The notes: generated from the sequence alone by a model not told the origin. 64,000 bases of DNA from Felis catus (GCF_018350175.1 NC_058368.1:88538001-88602000), one strand, 5' to 3'. Positions 22,326-35,628 are shown, counted from the stretch's first letter. Numbers and translations are program-made.

Positions 22326-25300
22326 AAACACTGTTTCAGAGGAGATCTATATTGATTTCTGTTCATAAGGTAGCTAATGCGCATACAGTCAGGTACTAGA
22401 CACTTGTGTACCATTCAACATAGATCCTGCATTGAAATAGAAATTCTTCTTAATTTCTATAGTTATTGTACTATGATTGACTTAAGAAATTTAAATTTGT
22501 ACCCATGGAATCACTGAAAAACCTGCCTCAACATTTTATACTGTTCTGGTAGTATAGGACAATGAATGAAAAAATTATTCTTAATCAACTTAATGAGTAA
22601 ATTTCCATGGTACCTTCCTCTGGTACAGGAAGAGGGTGCACCCTGATGTGCGAGCAGAAGCAGTCTCTTTTCTTTATGGATATTGTCGTCTTGTGAGGTA
22701 CATCTTCTGCTTCATTGCTACAGAAATTTCCTGGGAAATGCAGAGAAATAGAGAGTAAGGTTGGCATCTTGCTTGCGGAAGACCATAGAACAATTCGTCA
22801 TACTTTATTCATATTCAAACTCCCATTCTCTCTACTCACCAGCTGCCCAACAAATTTCATGCATCAAAAATGGACTAAGAAAGATGTTGAGCTTTGGTTT
22901 GCACTGAAAATGGCCCACAGCCAGGATTGGTGGCCCAATCCTGTTATTTAGCAGAGGCATTAATAGAAATACAGTAAAGCACAGTCTCCTCACGTGATGG
23001 CCAGGGTAGACATCACAATGAGTATCTACACATACCTGAGAGAGGTAGGAGAGGGCTCCATTCCTCCATTTCCTGTTCTCACATGTGAACGTGTTAATAT
23101 GTTGTGCTTATTCGTGTGCTGTGATGGGGTTAAAAGTGATGTACTACAAGTGAAACCTCGAGAACAATAAATGTTGGGTGCTTCACAATTGCTCTGTAAG
23201 TGTTATGTTACTGCATGTCTGTAGAAGGAGCTAGACACATGATAACGCTTGACTTGAGAGAGACTTGGAGGGCAGCACCATGTCGGAGGGTGGAAGCTCA
23301 CTCTCTTGCCTTCCCATGGGAATTATTCTCTACAACTCAGAGAGTACATGTATTATCTACTCCTGTCAACCCCATGTCAGCACTGTTGGGAGGGCAAGCA
23401 CAGGCTAACACTCATATCTTACAGTGGTGGACACAGTAACTTAGGAACAGGAAGTGACCTGAGTGGAGTGTCCGCCATGATGTGTGATGAATCCTGGACA
23501 GCAAGGTACGTAGATCTCTGGGTCACAGATCCCTGGCCACCTGAGACCTTCCCAGGGTCTGTGAGGAAGTGCTCTGGAACTCTGAATCAAGAACTGTCCT
23601 CACTTACAGACATCCTCCTGTCCCACGGTTTCTTTGGAAGACAGTGGGTTCTAGGCAGGAGGGGTCTGTGCTAGGAGAATAATCTGAATCTTAACCCAGC
23701 CTTCTGTCTCTCTGATTCAGTTCCTGACAGAAAATACGGTGCAGTTTTCCCAAATCAAGCCCCAATGGAAGACGAGGGAAGTGCAACTTTGGCCATCCTC
23801 CCTTATCTTTTCAGAAAGTCAGCTTACTCACCTAGGACATTCCCAGCAGCCATTTGACCACTCACATGGACCAGTGGTCTGCTTGGCTCCAAAGCTGATT
23901 CAAAATTTGGACATTCCAGACCAAATGCCACACTAGGACTCAGACAAGAATTTACTTCCCTTCAACTGGCCAACCCTGGATGAGAAGTTCATGGGAATGA
24001 ACAGGAAAGTTACCATCTGTTCTGGGGCTTGAGTATTGAATTAATTAAGCCTACAATGCTTAGAGTGTTACTATTGATCTGAGGAAAATCCTCAGGGGCC
24101 TGGAATAAGGTCTGGCCTAGAGCAAGCTTGGATGCAGTGGCTGCAGTGAACACCTCCTCGTTCCTTCCTTCCTCTCGACATCTAGTCTTTATTCTTAGGT
24201 CTCTTTATCCTATCTGCACACTGTAGGTACATAAGGTAGACTCTTGTCTTTTCTTAGAGGATCTCCTTTTTGTGCACAGCCTGGAGACCCCACCCCAGGT
24301 CTCCCTTTGATTGTTATCAGACAGTTCACTACTTAGTTGCCAAATATTCATTCCACAGACCTGATGGCATGTTCCCTTCTCTGTTGCACTCAGGCATCAC
24401 CCAGACAGCTCATGGTCCCTTCCATATCAACCCATGACAATACCCAAGAAATCCCAGTTTCTTTACTTCTAAAAATGTCGCGATTTAGACTACTCATATT
24501 TACATTCATATTTTGACATCTGTGTTGAGAAGAGTTGAGCTCCCCTTCCCTTCCCTGTCATGTCTGTTGCTGGGGTGGAATCAAGATTCTCCTGACCCAG
24601 TGAGAGCAGTGTCAGTGCGTTCGCTCTGTGTTTACTCAGTAAGACTGTGTACATACTGGGCATTAAGAAACAGCACAGTTTTCAGTATTGAGGAAGATCT
24701 TTATGAAATCAAGCTCCGTGGAAAAATCAAAAGTAGAACTTAAGTATTATAGCAAAACAAGATACTACCTTCATAGAAATCAGTTGACAAATTGGGGGTG
24801 GAGATGAACACCAATAGAAAAGTTGAGTGAAAAATAGCCTACTTGAAAGAACAGAATTCAGTAAATGAATACGAACATACCTAAAGAACGGCAATTCACA
24901 TTTCCCATCATGGGGAACTTCTCACCAGTGACCAAACTGCAGCAGCTCAGCTCACACAGTGACAGTTGGGAAGGAAGTACAGGTGCATCATCACATCTCC
25001 ATGGCGATGGGTCATCAGAGAACTTCCAGAGTAAAGGCACCTCTACATTCTGTGGGTCCAGCTTGCTCCTGTCTGGCCTAGTGTGTGTCCTAACGGGCAA
25101 GTGGGCCATTTAAGATGGTGTGTTTTCTTTCAAAACCTGATTCCTATCCTCTGTTTGTGAAAACGGGGATAACAGAAAAAAAAATGTCTTGCCTTCTTAG
25201 GGAGTTAACAGTGAAAGTTTCAGTTTGGAAAGGAATTAACAGAACATGTTTAGAATAAAAAGATTCCTTTCTTGAGTAGAAATCCCAGCTCATCCCATTT

Positions 25301-25614
25301 CTGCTATTTCTCATTAATGTGACACATTTAGATAAAACAATTTGCATTTGTTCTAGAGAGAAAGTGAGAGTGAGCATCAATAGGAATTCAATTTTAAAAA
25401 GTCATATTACTCTCTTGGAACATAAGTATCAAGTTATATCTTATCATCCTATATTACATACATTTACAGTGTATGCAACAATATCTGTACACTTAGTTAA
25501 TTCTTCTGAACTCCTTGAATATTGTCACTAGTGTGATACATATTCACTGAGAAATTAATAAAGAATCAAAATATTCTCATGCAAGTATTCAGTAAAAACA
25601 TAATCAAGCCTATT

Positions 25615-25865
25615 TTTTTCTTAATCTTTTTCTTAAGGTGGTTATTTATTTCTTTGTTTATTTCAGTGTGTATTTACTTATTAACTTATCTGAAGATCTT
25701 GATATGGGGAGAGGGTATGAGGTAGAGAGAGACAGAGGGAGAAACCAAAGCATGCTCCATGCTAGCACAGAGGTCAACATGGGGCATAGTCCCAGGGCCC
25801 TAGCATTATGACCTGAGTGAAATCAAGATTCAGACCTTCAACATGTGGAGCCACCCAGCTGCCAT
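25615..25865 (-). mobile_element. Old diverged Can-SINE
   Basis: T-rich tail, gagagagacagagggaga, atgacctgagtgaaatcaaga, gagccacccagctgcc. Confidence 0.8.
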
Positions 25866-27539
25866 TTGCTAAATGAATAATGGCAGATAACAAAACTATA
25901 GAATTAAATATGTGTTCTGACTCTTCATTCATCCTATAATTACCATGATCCTCACCATATGGTCATGAAAGTCAACCATAGGCATGGAGGTGAGCAGCTA
26001 CACAAAACATGGAACAAGTGAATTTTATCACATAAATGGAGAGTTTTGCCATATTTAAAATGCAGTAGGTACCCTTCAAGGAATAAAATCCTATGCGACA
26101 AAACTCTCCCAGTGTGGATTCATCGAAGTACCTAGAAGGAACCAACCTAATGGGTCATGAATGAGGTAGAAAACTAGCATAATACCCGTGGTGCTTTATT
26201 TTCGCCAAGGATTATCCCACTGAGGGTCAACTGGTTGGGAAAGAACTGTTAATATTACCTTGTTCTGAATAAAGAATGTTTTCAATTGGGAGAAAGCTTC
26301 TCTGTATCTAATAACTGGAGTAATAATGAAGTAATAAATGAAGAGTAAGTCAGTATATCTAGGTAAAACCCTCTGAAAATGCTTCTTGTGGTGTCACTGG
26401 TACATGGTTGCTGAATTAATACATCTCAAAGGACATCCAGAAATGTTAACGCTTGTGACTTCCAGAGGCAGAACCGAGAAGGCAGGAGAATGGGTCAGGA
26501 TGAAAACTCTGATGTTAATGTAGGTTCTATGATAGCATTTGATTTCGTATGTGTGTGTTTTCAAAAAACCATCCCCTTGCAAATGCTGGCAGGAGACACT
26601 CACTTGACTTTGCTCATGGTCATAGATTGAGGAATTTGGCAGGGGGTGTGCCAAATTCAAGAGCATCTTTTCTGCTCTATGATGTTGGGGCTTCAGTAAG
26701 GAAAGCCTGCTGGCACTGAGCTGGAGTCCTCTGGATGTGACTCCTTCTCATGTTTGTTCCTGGAAATGCATTTGGCTGGAGGACCTCAATGAGACCTCCC
26801 ATTGGCCTAGGCTTTTCCAGCTCATGTAGGCTTCTTAAAGGCTGAGGGCTCCACAGGGTGGTGAAACCAGTGACCCAGCAGGGGCTCATGGAATTTTTCC
26901 AGCATAAACGTGGAAGTTACACAGCATTATTTTTAGGGTGCCTGTCCATGTCATGTAAGCACTAGTGTCCCCTCTGATCCCAGGGAAGGGAATAACCCCA
27001 CCTTTCACTAGAAAGCATGCCAAAACAATTGCAAGCTGGTTTGTTACCTTGCCACATGGATAGACAAGGATTACAGTTTCCTAGCTGTAATACCATGCCA
27101 AAGTCTGTAGTGCAGGACATGTTGCCCTTTGGCACAGGGCCCAAGTGGAAGAACAGGTTGGGTTAAACTCCTGCCTCCACCCTCATGAGCTGTTTTGGAA
27201 GGAAACACATTTAGAAACACTTCTGGAATGGTTATAAGACAATAAAACATAATGTGTATAAAGAATTGTTCTATCAGGGACTCATGTCCTCCACTGGCAC
27301 ATCAGGACCTGATCTCTCAGAGCCCCTCCTCATGGTTATATGCAATGTGCAGTGTCCACATATCAATTATGATGCAATGAAGCTAAAAATGAAATCACTA
27401 CGATAAAAGCCAACATCAATCCTCTAGCTCTCTACTTATCACCCTCATGGCAAATTTCTGCCTTGAACTATAGGTTCTGAGGCGATAGTCTTCAAAGTGT
27501 CTTTCCATTCTTTCCAGGAAATCCTTTATTTGAACATCA

Positions 27540-27714
27540 TATTTTATTTTATTTATTTTAATTTATTAAGTTTTGAGAGGGGGAGGGGCAGAGGATCCAA
27601 AGCAGCCTCTGTTCTGACTGCAGAGAGACTGAGGTGGAGCTCGAACCCATGTACTGTGAGATCATGTCCTGAGCCAAGTGAGAAACTTAACCAACTGAGA
27701 CCCCCTGGCACCTC
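27540..27714 (-). mobile_element. Can-SINE with internal deletion
   Basis: ttttgagaggggg...gctcgaaccc...gagatcatgtcctgagcc...cttaaccaactgagaccccctggcacc. Confidence 0.85.
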
Positions 27715-29702
27715 TGCAAATCTTATTTTATACTTTAGGAAAAGTGTAGTTCTCTCTGAATAAAATATTTTCACATTTCATTTGGTTTCTTTATACATTA
27801 GAATATGATTTGCAATATTAGTGAATCAGTGAACCTCAAATAGCAGACAAAATATTTAGTTTTTCATTCCCATGCTAAAGTCTTTTGAGTCACACTAGGC
27901 CTCAGTTCTCTACCTTGGGCCTTCATGATGGAAGTATTTTCCACATGAATATAGGTGTTATATAACTTTAAGCATTCTATGATATGAAATAACAAATCCA
28001 CAGTATATCATGGAATATAAACATTTGAAACAAAGTTTTTGTCCTTCCAATCCTTTCCAATATAAAAACCATTTTTTTGGGTATGTATTCAGGCTTTCTC
28101 TGCCATTCATAAATGAATGCATATTTGTCCATAATTATGTGAATTTTCTACTAATGAGATTAACTCATATTATCCTGTTGTGCAAGTTGTCATTTACAGG
28201 AAACCATTAAGAGCATGTTTGTAAATTCATAACACAGTGACCTCACTCATGTGAAAATATGCTCAGTATTGCAATGCACACCTTAGAAACAACTCATTGT
28301 GAACCAGGTTTTTTTTTTTTATTTGCAATTTTGCTATGTGAGAATCCTCTATACATTTGTTGACATATAATGAAGAAATTTCTTTGGATGAGGCTTCTAG
28401 AAGTGGGAATATGTAGTGTCAATTTGGAACGAATCTAGATGTAGAAGTATCCTGCATGAAGACATAATAGGTGATGATGGTCAAGGACACAAGAGGACAT
28501 ACCAGGTGGATGGCGAATGTAAGTCCGTGAAATCCCATGCTGAGGACAGGAGGCAGAGAGTTGTCTGGAGAACAGGGCAGGCTTGAAAGCAAACAGGGAT
28601 CATGAGAGAGTTTGGAAGAAATGCTACACAGGGAAATCAGGAGGAGGGAATGAATTAAAACATGACAAGGAGAGAGAGTATTCAGGAACGGTAAACAGGT
28701 CAGTCCCTGGTGGGTGGAAGGGAGGACAAATAATTATGATGCATGGAGTCTATTTGGGGAAGCAAGGTGGGTGCTGTCACATGGTTTGAAACTGATTATG
28801 TAATTAATTCCCTGCCTTATTTTCAAAAATTGTGGAGCATATAAAGCACTATGTGGAGATATCATAGTTTGGATCACTTCTTGGCAATAGAAGGGGAGGG
28901 CCGTCCATGAACATGGGTAGCAAACAACACATAGGGTGTAGGGAGCATCAAATGGAAAGAGTGGTCATTGGTAGAGAAAGCATGGAGTTGGAAAAAGTGG
29001 GACTTCAGGTCAGGGAAGTAGGATGTGGAAGAGAAGCAACGTTGAGAGGGTGAGGGAGCCCACTGTCTTCTATTATTTTAAGAGTTTAACTGTCACCAAG
29101 CCAGTTTATTTCTGAGTTGATTGAAAGTCAAAATGAAGGAAGTAGGGTGTAGAGGTACTATCACCTTCTGTCCAAAGTGAGGGTGTGATGAGTATTCATG
29201 AACAGAAGAGAAACTACATTTACTCTCTCTCTTACCCTGCAGGTTCCCACACTACCTGACACTCCCAGTTCCTCCTCACTTATTTAACATGATTGGTTGC
29301 CATTGTTATCATACTCCATCCCTTATACAGCCCCCAGTGTTAGTGCAGCTCCCCTCAGTAACTGCCCTGCCTCAGCAAATCCCCCATGCTGTTTCCTGTG
29401 CATGTGAATCCCCACCAGCCTGTGGCTTTAGGTGCCCATGGACCTGGAGACTAGTCATGTTGTGAATTTAGGAGACTCTCTTTAGGGTGTCCCTACTTCA
29501 GACCCTCCCTGATCCTTCATTTCTTGGACCCTGTCTGTAATCCATAGTTATGTCTTATCCTGTTTATAGTACATACTCACTCTTTACTCAGCGTCCTTCA
29601 AGTTAAAAAATATCTTTTATACTTACACAAAGTAAAATACAAGTTATAAGGTAGGCTACATCAGATTTCCTACTGCCTTTTACATGTTTTCACTATTTTT
29701 TT

Positions 29703-29980
29703 TATTTTTTTATTTTTTTATTATTTTTTTTTTATAATTTTTTATTCTTTAGTTTCCTGGATTTAAATTTTTTTTTTCAACGTTTATTTATTTTTGGGAC
29801 AGAGAGAGACAGAGCATGAACGGGGGAGGGGCAGAGAGAGAGGGAGACACAGAATCGGAAACAGGATCCAGGCTCCGAGCCATCAGCCCAGAGCCTGACG
29901 CGGGGCTCGAGCTCACGGACCGCGAGATCGTGACCTGGCTGAAGTCGGACGCTTAACCGACTGCGCCACCCAGGCGCCCC
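29703..29980 (-). mobile_element. Young SINEC_Fc with extended composite tail
   Basis: CpG-intact body 29778-29980; TSD gttttcac(t/g)attttttt at 29686-29702 and 29982-29998. Confidence 0.95.
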
Positions 29981-30142
29981 AGTTTTCACGATTTTTTTAT
30001 ACAAGAAAAAAATCACTTTTTAAAAATTTGCTTTCACATTCTTCAGTGAGTTTGCATTTTTTTTAACAAAGACTGCACATGTCTGAAGAGGTTTACTCAG
30101 CAGTTTTACTTTTGTGCTGATATTAGAATTGTTTATATTATT

Positions 30143-30355
30143 TGGGCACCTGGGTGTCTCAGGCATTTGAACATCTCACTTCACTCAGGTGATGATCTCA
30201 GAGTTCCTGAGTTTGGGATCATGATCAGTATCTGTACTGACAGTGGGGAGTCTCGAGGCTGCTTCCTTCTGTGCCTCCTTCTCTCTCTGCCCTCCCCCAA
30301 CTCTCTGTTGCTCTCTCTCTCTCACACAAATAAACATTTAAACAATTACAAAAAG
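30143..30355 (+). mobile_element. Old diverged Can-SINE
   Basis: gggcacctgggtgtctcag...ctcaggtgatgatctca...ctctctctctctcacacaaataaacatt. Confidence 0.85.
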
Positions 30356-31539
30356 AATAACTTTCATAATTTTGAAATATGAACATGTATTCTTATTTAA
30401 TTCATGTTAAGACAATGAAGAGAAGTGTTATTTTTATAAACTTTTGATTGTTTTTCTGAATTATCCTATCAGTATGGTATATTAAGGTAAATACCCTGAG
30501 CCCATCATAATAGATTTCATCTCTCACCTGAAAAACCTCACTTCTTCTCACAGCACATTCTTCTAGTGATACTTACATTCATGGTGTAGTGGTAAGAAAG
30601 TGAAGAGAAATATTAAATCGTGCTTGTCATTGCAATTACCTTTGATGTTTTACCCTGTACCAATTTTAGATAACAGAAAGACATAAAATAAAACTATTTA
30701 CTTTTTAAAACTTCGCCTGATTTTTGAGGAGGTAACCGTTCCTCATGAATTTTGGTATTTAAAAGAACATCATGGAAAAGAGTATGTGATAGGATAATAT
30801 CCAGCAAGGAAAGTGTAATTACGAAGTATCACTTTTAAAAGCACATGCACAATGATAAGACAAAGAAGCTACACAAAATGCACACCCTCAGTAAGGCATG
30901 ACATAGACAATGTGCCAAATTCCCACATGCTGTATGTGACACTATCCGAATAACAAAATACAAATGACATAATTCTGCTTCACTACCTCCCAGGGTTACA
31001 CCACATATCTAGAGCTTTCCTGGAGGGAAAATCCAGGTCCATAAATGTATGTAAGAGACAGAATGGGAAAGCCAGCAACAGGCCTGAACCAACCTCAGAG
31101 GAGAAAGTCCCCCAAGTGTGAAGACACATGTCAGAATATGCGAAGACCTTAGCCCTGACCACAGGACGGGCAGGTGTCACATGCAGTGTTGTGGGCACAT
31201 GGGGTTCATGAGTTGACAGGAGAGCTCTAGAGACACCACGGTGAAGGGAAGAGAGGAGGGAAGGGGACATTTCACATCTGCCTGCTACAAGGGATCAGGA
31301 AGAACTGAATGAAGATACAACCAAACTCTCACTCACAATCAAAGCAAAAATCTATGAGATAAAAACTAGAAACATTGTCTACTTAGCACATAATATCATT
31401 TTTTGAAAAATAATATAACAACCGCTGGCTAAACTCTTGAATAAACTTGGGAGGATGCAACGATATAGAAGATAGAGTGACAAGGAGATAATAGCCATGA
31501 GAAAACAAAGATGAAGACGTGTGAAATGTACAGTTATTT

Positions 31540-31985
31540 TATAGACCACTAGTGGAAAAATAAATCATATGCATTTTGACAGGCATTGCATGAAAATTGG
31601 AGCCACAGCAATAGATGGGAATGGCTTTGCATTAGAGTGATATAAGTGACATAAACCTCACTTTCTGTATATATAAAGACAGTGTTAGTGTTGTGGCCAC
31701 AGAAATGCACACGTTCCTGACGCCAGGGAATGGAGTGCTTACAGTGATACATATCCTGTGATACAGTACCCATGAAAAGTACACAATAGCGAGATCACTG
31801 TAGAAAAGAAGGAATTGGAAGGTATCAAGTGCTGAGTGTCCCCCCTGAGTGTAGGGGGGAACAATGGCCTGACTGCTGGTGCCTCAGGGTTTCTCTGTAG
31901 GTGGTGGAAATATCAATTTTGTCATGGTGGTGGTGACCAAAACCCATAAATGTACTTAACTTCATTTAATTTCTGTTACTTTAAA
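31540..31985 (+). mobile_element. Old L1MB-like 3' fragment
   Basis: gggtttctctgtaggtggtggaaatat...gtggtggtgaccaaaacccataaatgtacttaa resembles the L1MB 3'UTR. Confidence 0.55.
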
Positions 31986-32190
31986 TGTTCTCCGGGCCCT
32001 GGTACATGTGTAGTTGGGCTCACATGCATGTGCTCCTGGAACGTCTGTGCTGTCTCAGGCAACAGTGTAATCTGGGTATCACTCCCTCTTCCTCAAGGAC
32101 AGGTCTCACCACAGAGAAGACTCCTGTATTGGAGCCTCCACAGAAGCTTCCCAATTAAAGAGCCTCAGAGATAAGGTCTATGGTCCCAGG

Positions 32191-32402
32191 GGGTTTTGTC
32201 TCATTTCCTTGCTATCAGAGAAACGGTGCCTAACAGTCGATGTTCCCACTGCCATGAGAGAGAACACAGTGATAGTCAGTCTTGTCCTCAGGCTGCAGCC
32301 CAGAGATGAGCAGAAGCCCTGCATTGGCTGAAATATATCTAGATTCAGAGGAGCAGTTGGGGAACCAATCCCAACTGTGTACTTGAGTGGGAGTAGTCAT
32401 AC
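32191..32402 (-). pseudogene. IGLV: IGLV relic (IGLV5/11-like), 3' half only, inverted
   Basis: Minus strand SSESRYISANAGLLLISGLQPEDKTDYHCVLSHGSGN = FR3/CDR3 of IGLV5-type genes; RSS heptamer caccgtt (32222-32228), 22-bp spacer, nonamer acaaaaccc (32191-32199). No FR1/FR2 or leader upstream. Confidence 0.9.
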
Positions 32403-32517
32403 AGGAGGGAGCACATGTGCACACAGGGCAAGCACTGCTCAGCACTGCACTGAGGGGATGGAGCCCTGTGGCCCAGCCTTGATTTGGGGCCAGAAGGACC
32501 TACCTCTTGTATCCACC

Positions 32518-32670
32518 ATGGCATGGATCATCCTCACCCTCCTCCATGATGTCACAGGTCACGTGAGGGGAGTTCTCACTGTCTCCACACTGATCAGCAC
32601 CCACAGGCCCTACCTGAATCTTGTCCCTTTCAACAGGTGGTCACCAGCCTCCCAACTGCAGCCCTATGAA
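32518..32670 (+). pseudogene. IGLV: IGLV leader exon and intron with no recognisable V exon
   Basis: ccaccATG GCA TGG... = MAWIILTLLHDVT, cacag|gt donor at 32558, ctttcaacag acceptor at 32636; downstream sequence lacks V motifs. Confidence 0.7.
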
Positions 32671-33898
32671 GAAATTCCTAATAAGGATTGAAAATGAGAA
32701 AATGGTAGGCAAGAACAGGAGGAGCGCTGCATGCCCATGTCTGAAGAATGTCATAAAGAATTTACAATCAAAGAATGCCCCAGGGGCTGGAACCAGGCCC
32801 TCCCAATATGGTTCAGAGACAACAGCAGGTGAGAAGGGCTGGGTTCCCACACTCAGGCACCGGAAATGTGTGAAGACCAAGGACAGGCTGTTGAAAGAAC
32901 ATGGAGGAGTTCAGAGTTGATGTCCTGTGGGATGTGAGAGGCTCCCAGCAGCCAGCAGTGTGCTCCAAATTCCCTGGGTGAACACAGGATGGGTGGCAAC
33001 AGCCACATGGAGACATTTCTCTGTGACTATCTTCACTGTGTGTCCTACACTTGACTTTTTTTGAGTGTGGGTGTGGATGTGTGTGTGTGTGTTCCTATAC
33101 CTACAAACCTCAAAACACAGCCTAACAGCAATGCCATCAAATCAATATCTGAGAATGCACTCCCTCTCTGTACTTTATTTTTTCCATCTCATGACATGCC
33201 CTGAGTAGAAACATACATGAAGCTTTTGTCATGATACCAATTCCCCAAACCATTAAGCCTATAATAAAATGAAGGATTGAAATTCAATGCAAGTTATGCG
33301 ACAGTAGGGAAACACTCAGACATTAATGAATCACACATGGAAAAGTAATAATGAATGTGTCACCTAAATTACTTACCAATGAAGTAATACAAGGTTTGTA
33401 CTATCTTGACAGGACTTAAAACACCTTACATTGCCATGGATGTACATTCTTGCCCTTCCCAAAGATGGGGATTCCTCCTGGGAGTGAGATTCTAAGAGAA
33501 TCAGGCATAGTGTATTGGAATGACCATATGTAGAAATTAGACAGACACCTGTGAGCTGCAAAACCCAGGTGGAGCTTTCAAGCGCCTGCCCTGTGACCAG
33601 TAGAGGGTGCTGTGCTACCGCCCTGAGGCCCCTACTCAACTGTTTAATGAGACCATTCAGTCATAGGAACCAGGGCCCGTGTGTTGTGCTCCGTGATCCC
33701 AGCTGGAGACTCAGCAGCTGTGTCCCCTCTGTCCTGGCAGAGTCTCTTGAGCAGGTACGTGTGTGTTGTGTCAGCAGGTGCGTCATCCCAGGACTCTCCC
33801 CATGGGTGAAGACAACCCCCATCCACCTCAGGGTGTGGTGTCAGCTGATCTCCAGAACCAGGGCTTAGGAAAGTATTGGCAGCTATTGAATGAAGCCC

Positions 33899-33906
33899 AT
33901 TTGCAT
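33899..33906 (+). promoter_or_regulatory. Ig promoter octamer ATTTGCAT
   Basis: Perfect octamer ~90 bp upstream of the IGLV ATG at 33994. Confidence 0.9.
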
Positions 33907-33993
33907 GGACAGCCCCTCATGTGGCAGGGGATGGAGGAGAAAAGGAGGCCCAGGGCAACCCAGCCCAATGTGGGGACCAGAGGCGGGGTGACC

Positions 33994-34490
33994 ATGGCCT
34001 GGACTCCAGTCTTCCTCTTGTTACTCTCTCACTGCACAGGTCCAGCAAGGCCTTCAGGACACAAAGACATCCTTGAGCTTGTGAGAACAGTACTGCCACT
34101 ATTTTTGAGAAAATTTACCGTTTCTTCTCCATCACCCATGAGTGTTTGTGTTTTCTGGCTCTGTGTACCAATGAGGTGACTCAGCCACCCTCCAGGTCTG
34201 CAACCCTGGGATCCAAACCCAGCCTCAACTACATGCTGAGCAGGGGCTTCAGTGTTGGCAGTTATTCTATCAGTTGATTCCAGAAAAAGCCAGGTTGGCC
34301 TCCCCTGTATCTCCTGTGGTTCTATTCAGACTCAGTGAGCACCACGGCTCTGAAGTCACTAGCCACCTCTCTGAACCCACAGATGGCTCAGCCAATGCAG
34401 AGCTTCAGCTCATGTCTGGGCTGCATCCTGACGATCAGGCTGACTGTTAATTGTGCTATAGCTCATGGCTGGGGAGCAGCTACCATTACT
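33994..34490 (+). pseudogene. IGLV: Full-length IGLV5/11-like pseudogene
   Basis: Leader MAWTPVFLLLLSHCT (33994-34039), gt donor; acceptor mutated (ttttctg); V exon VTQPPSRSATLGSKPSLNYMLSRGFSVGSYSIS*FQKKPGWPPLYLLWFYSDS, then frameshifts, DGSANAELQLMSGLHPDDQAD, CAIAHG. First Cys changed to Tyr, conserved Trp to stop. Confidence 0.93.
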
Positions 34491-34528
34491 CAAAGTGTCT
34501 CAGATAATGAGGAAGGGAGATAAAATAC
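34491..34528 (+). other. Degenerate 23-type recombination signal sequence
   Basis: caaagtg + 22 bp + ataaaatac directly after the V end; the invariant CAC is mutated. Confidence 0.75.
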
Positions 34529-34629
34529 TTGCTCCTTCAGACCTTGACTCTGAGCTTCTTTTCAGTGAGAAACTGATGTGGAGACACATGCATGGGACGC
34601 TGTTCTACTGAAAGACCTGTCAGTAAACT

Positions 34630-34810
34630 AGGCACCTGGGTGGTTCAGTCTGTGAAGAGTAAGACTCAGGACTTCAGCTCAGGTCACTGTCTTACTATCA
34701 TCAGATTGAGCCCTACATTAGGCTCTGTGCAAGGAGTGAAGCCTCTGTGGGATTCTCTCTCTCCTTCTTTCTCTGCCACCCCTTCTCAAAATTGAATAAA
34801 CACTAAAAAA
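34630..34810 (+). mobile_element. Old Can-SINE
   Basis: ggcacctgggtggttcagtc...cttcagctcaggtca...gattctctctctcc...aataaacactaaaaaa. Confidence 0.88.
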
Positions 34811-35389
34811 CTGGGGTAAGAGACTCATGTTTGAATGTAAAGTGAGACAGCATAGGACATCCCAGGAATACAGGGACAGATAAGGTGTCAGAGCCAACTG
34901 TACATCCCCATGGGGTCTGGAGATGAAAAGGAATAAACAATGTCTTTGAACCTGAATGTGATACCAGTGAAAATTCATCCACACGTCACTTTCATCATGT
35001 TGTTGTATACAGTGTGATTTTGTGTCACTATTGATGTATCCACAGCTGACACAGTGACCATAACCCTGGTCCAAGACAGTGTCTTCTCTCTGAGCCAGCT
35101 ATGCATGATCCTGGACCGAATCCTATAGACTCCCCCTCACAGTACCCCTGACACCCTCCCTCCACTTCTTCCCTGTGCCAATCTGTCCCTCAGGCTTCAG
35201 TTTCTCCTTCTGGTGCTTCAGGTATGAACTCCATGTCCACATAAGACTTCAGAGAAAACAGAAATGTTATTGTTGCAGTTTCTAGTCTCATGGGCCCATC
35301 TCTAGAGAGGATAATGAGAAAAAAAGAACTGCATGTTTCCCCCAACATTTTCCTTCCTGGTTCTGTCATTTGACAAGACCTGGACTACT

Positions 35390-35447
35390 TATTTTTAAGT
35401 TTATTTAATTATTTTCAGAGAAAGAGACAGAGAGTGCATGAGCAGGG

Positions 35448-35498
<51 letters not shown>

Positions 35499-35628
35499 TA
35501 TCCCAAGTCAGGTGTGGTGCTGCCAGCACAGTGTCCAATGTGGGGCTCTATCTCACTAACCAGGAGATCATGAACTGAGCCAAAAGCAAGACTTGGATGC
35601 TTAACCAACTGAGCCACTCAGGTGCCCC
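35390..35628 (-). mobile_element. Can-SINE with (GA)n expansion
   Basis: (GA)n ~35452-35494; ends cttaaccaactgagccactcaggtgcccc; TSD core acctggact at 35378 and 35632. Confidence 0.92.

Noticed and set aside
24590..24990. Possible extra IGLV relic (ctgacccag..cagtgtcagtg; cacagtgacag..ggaagt)
   Set aside because: Spacing too long for a V exon, no WYQ or YYC remnants, no nonamer.
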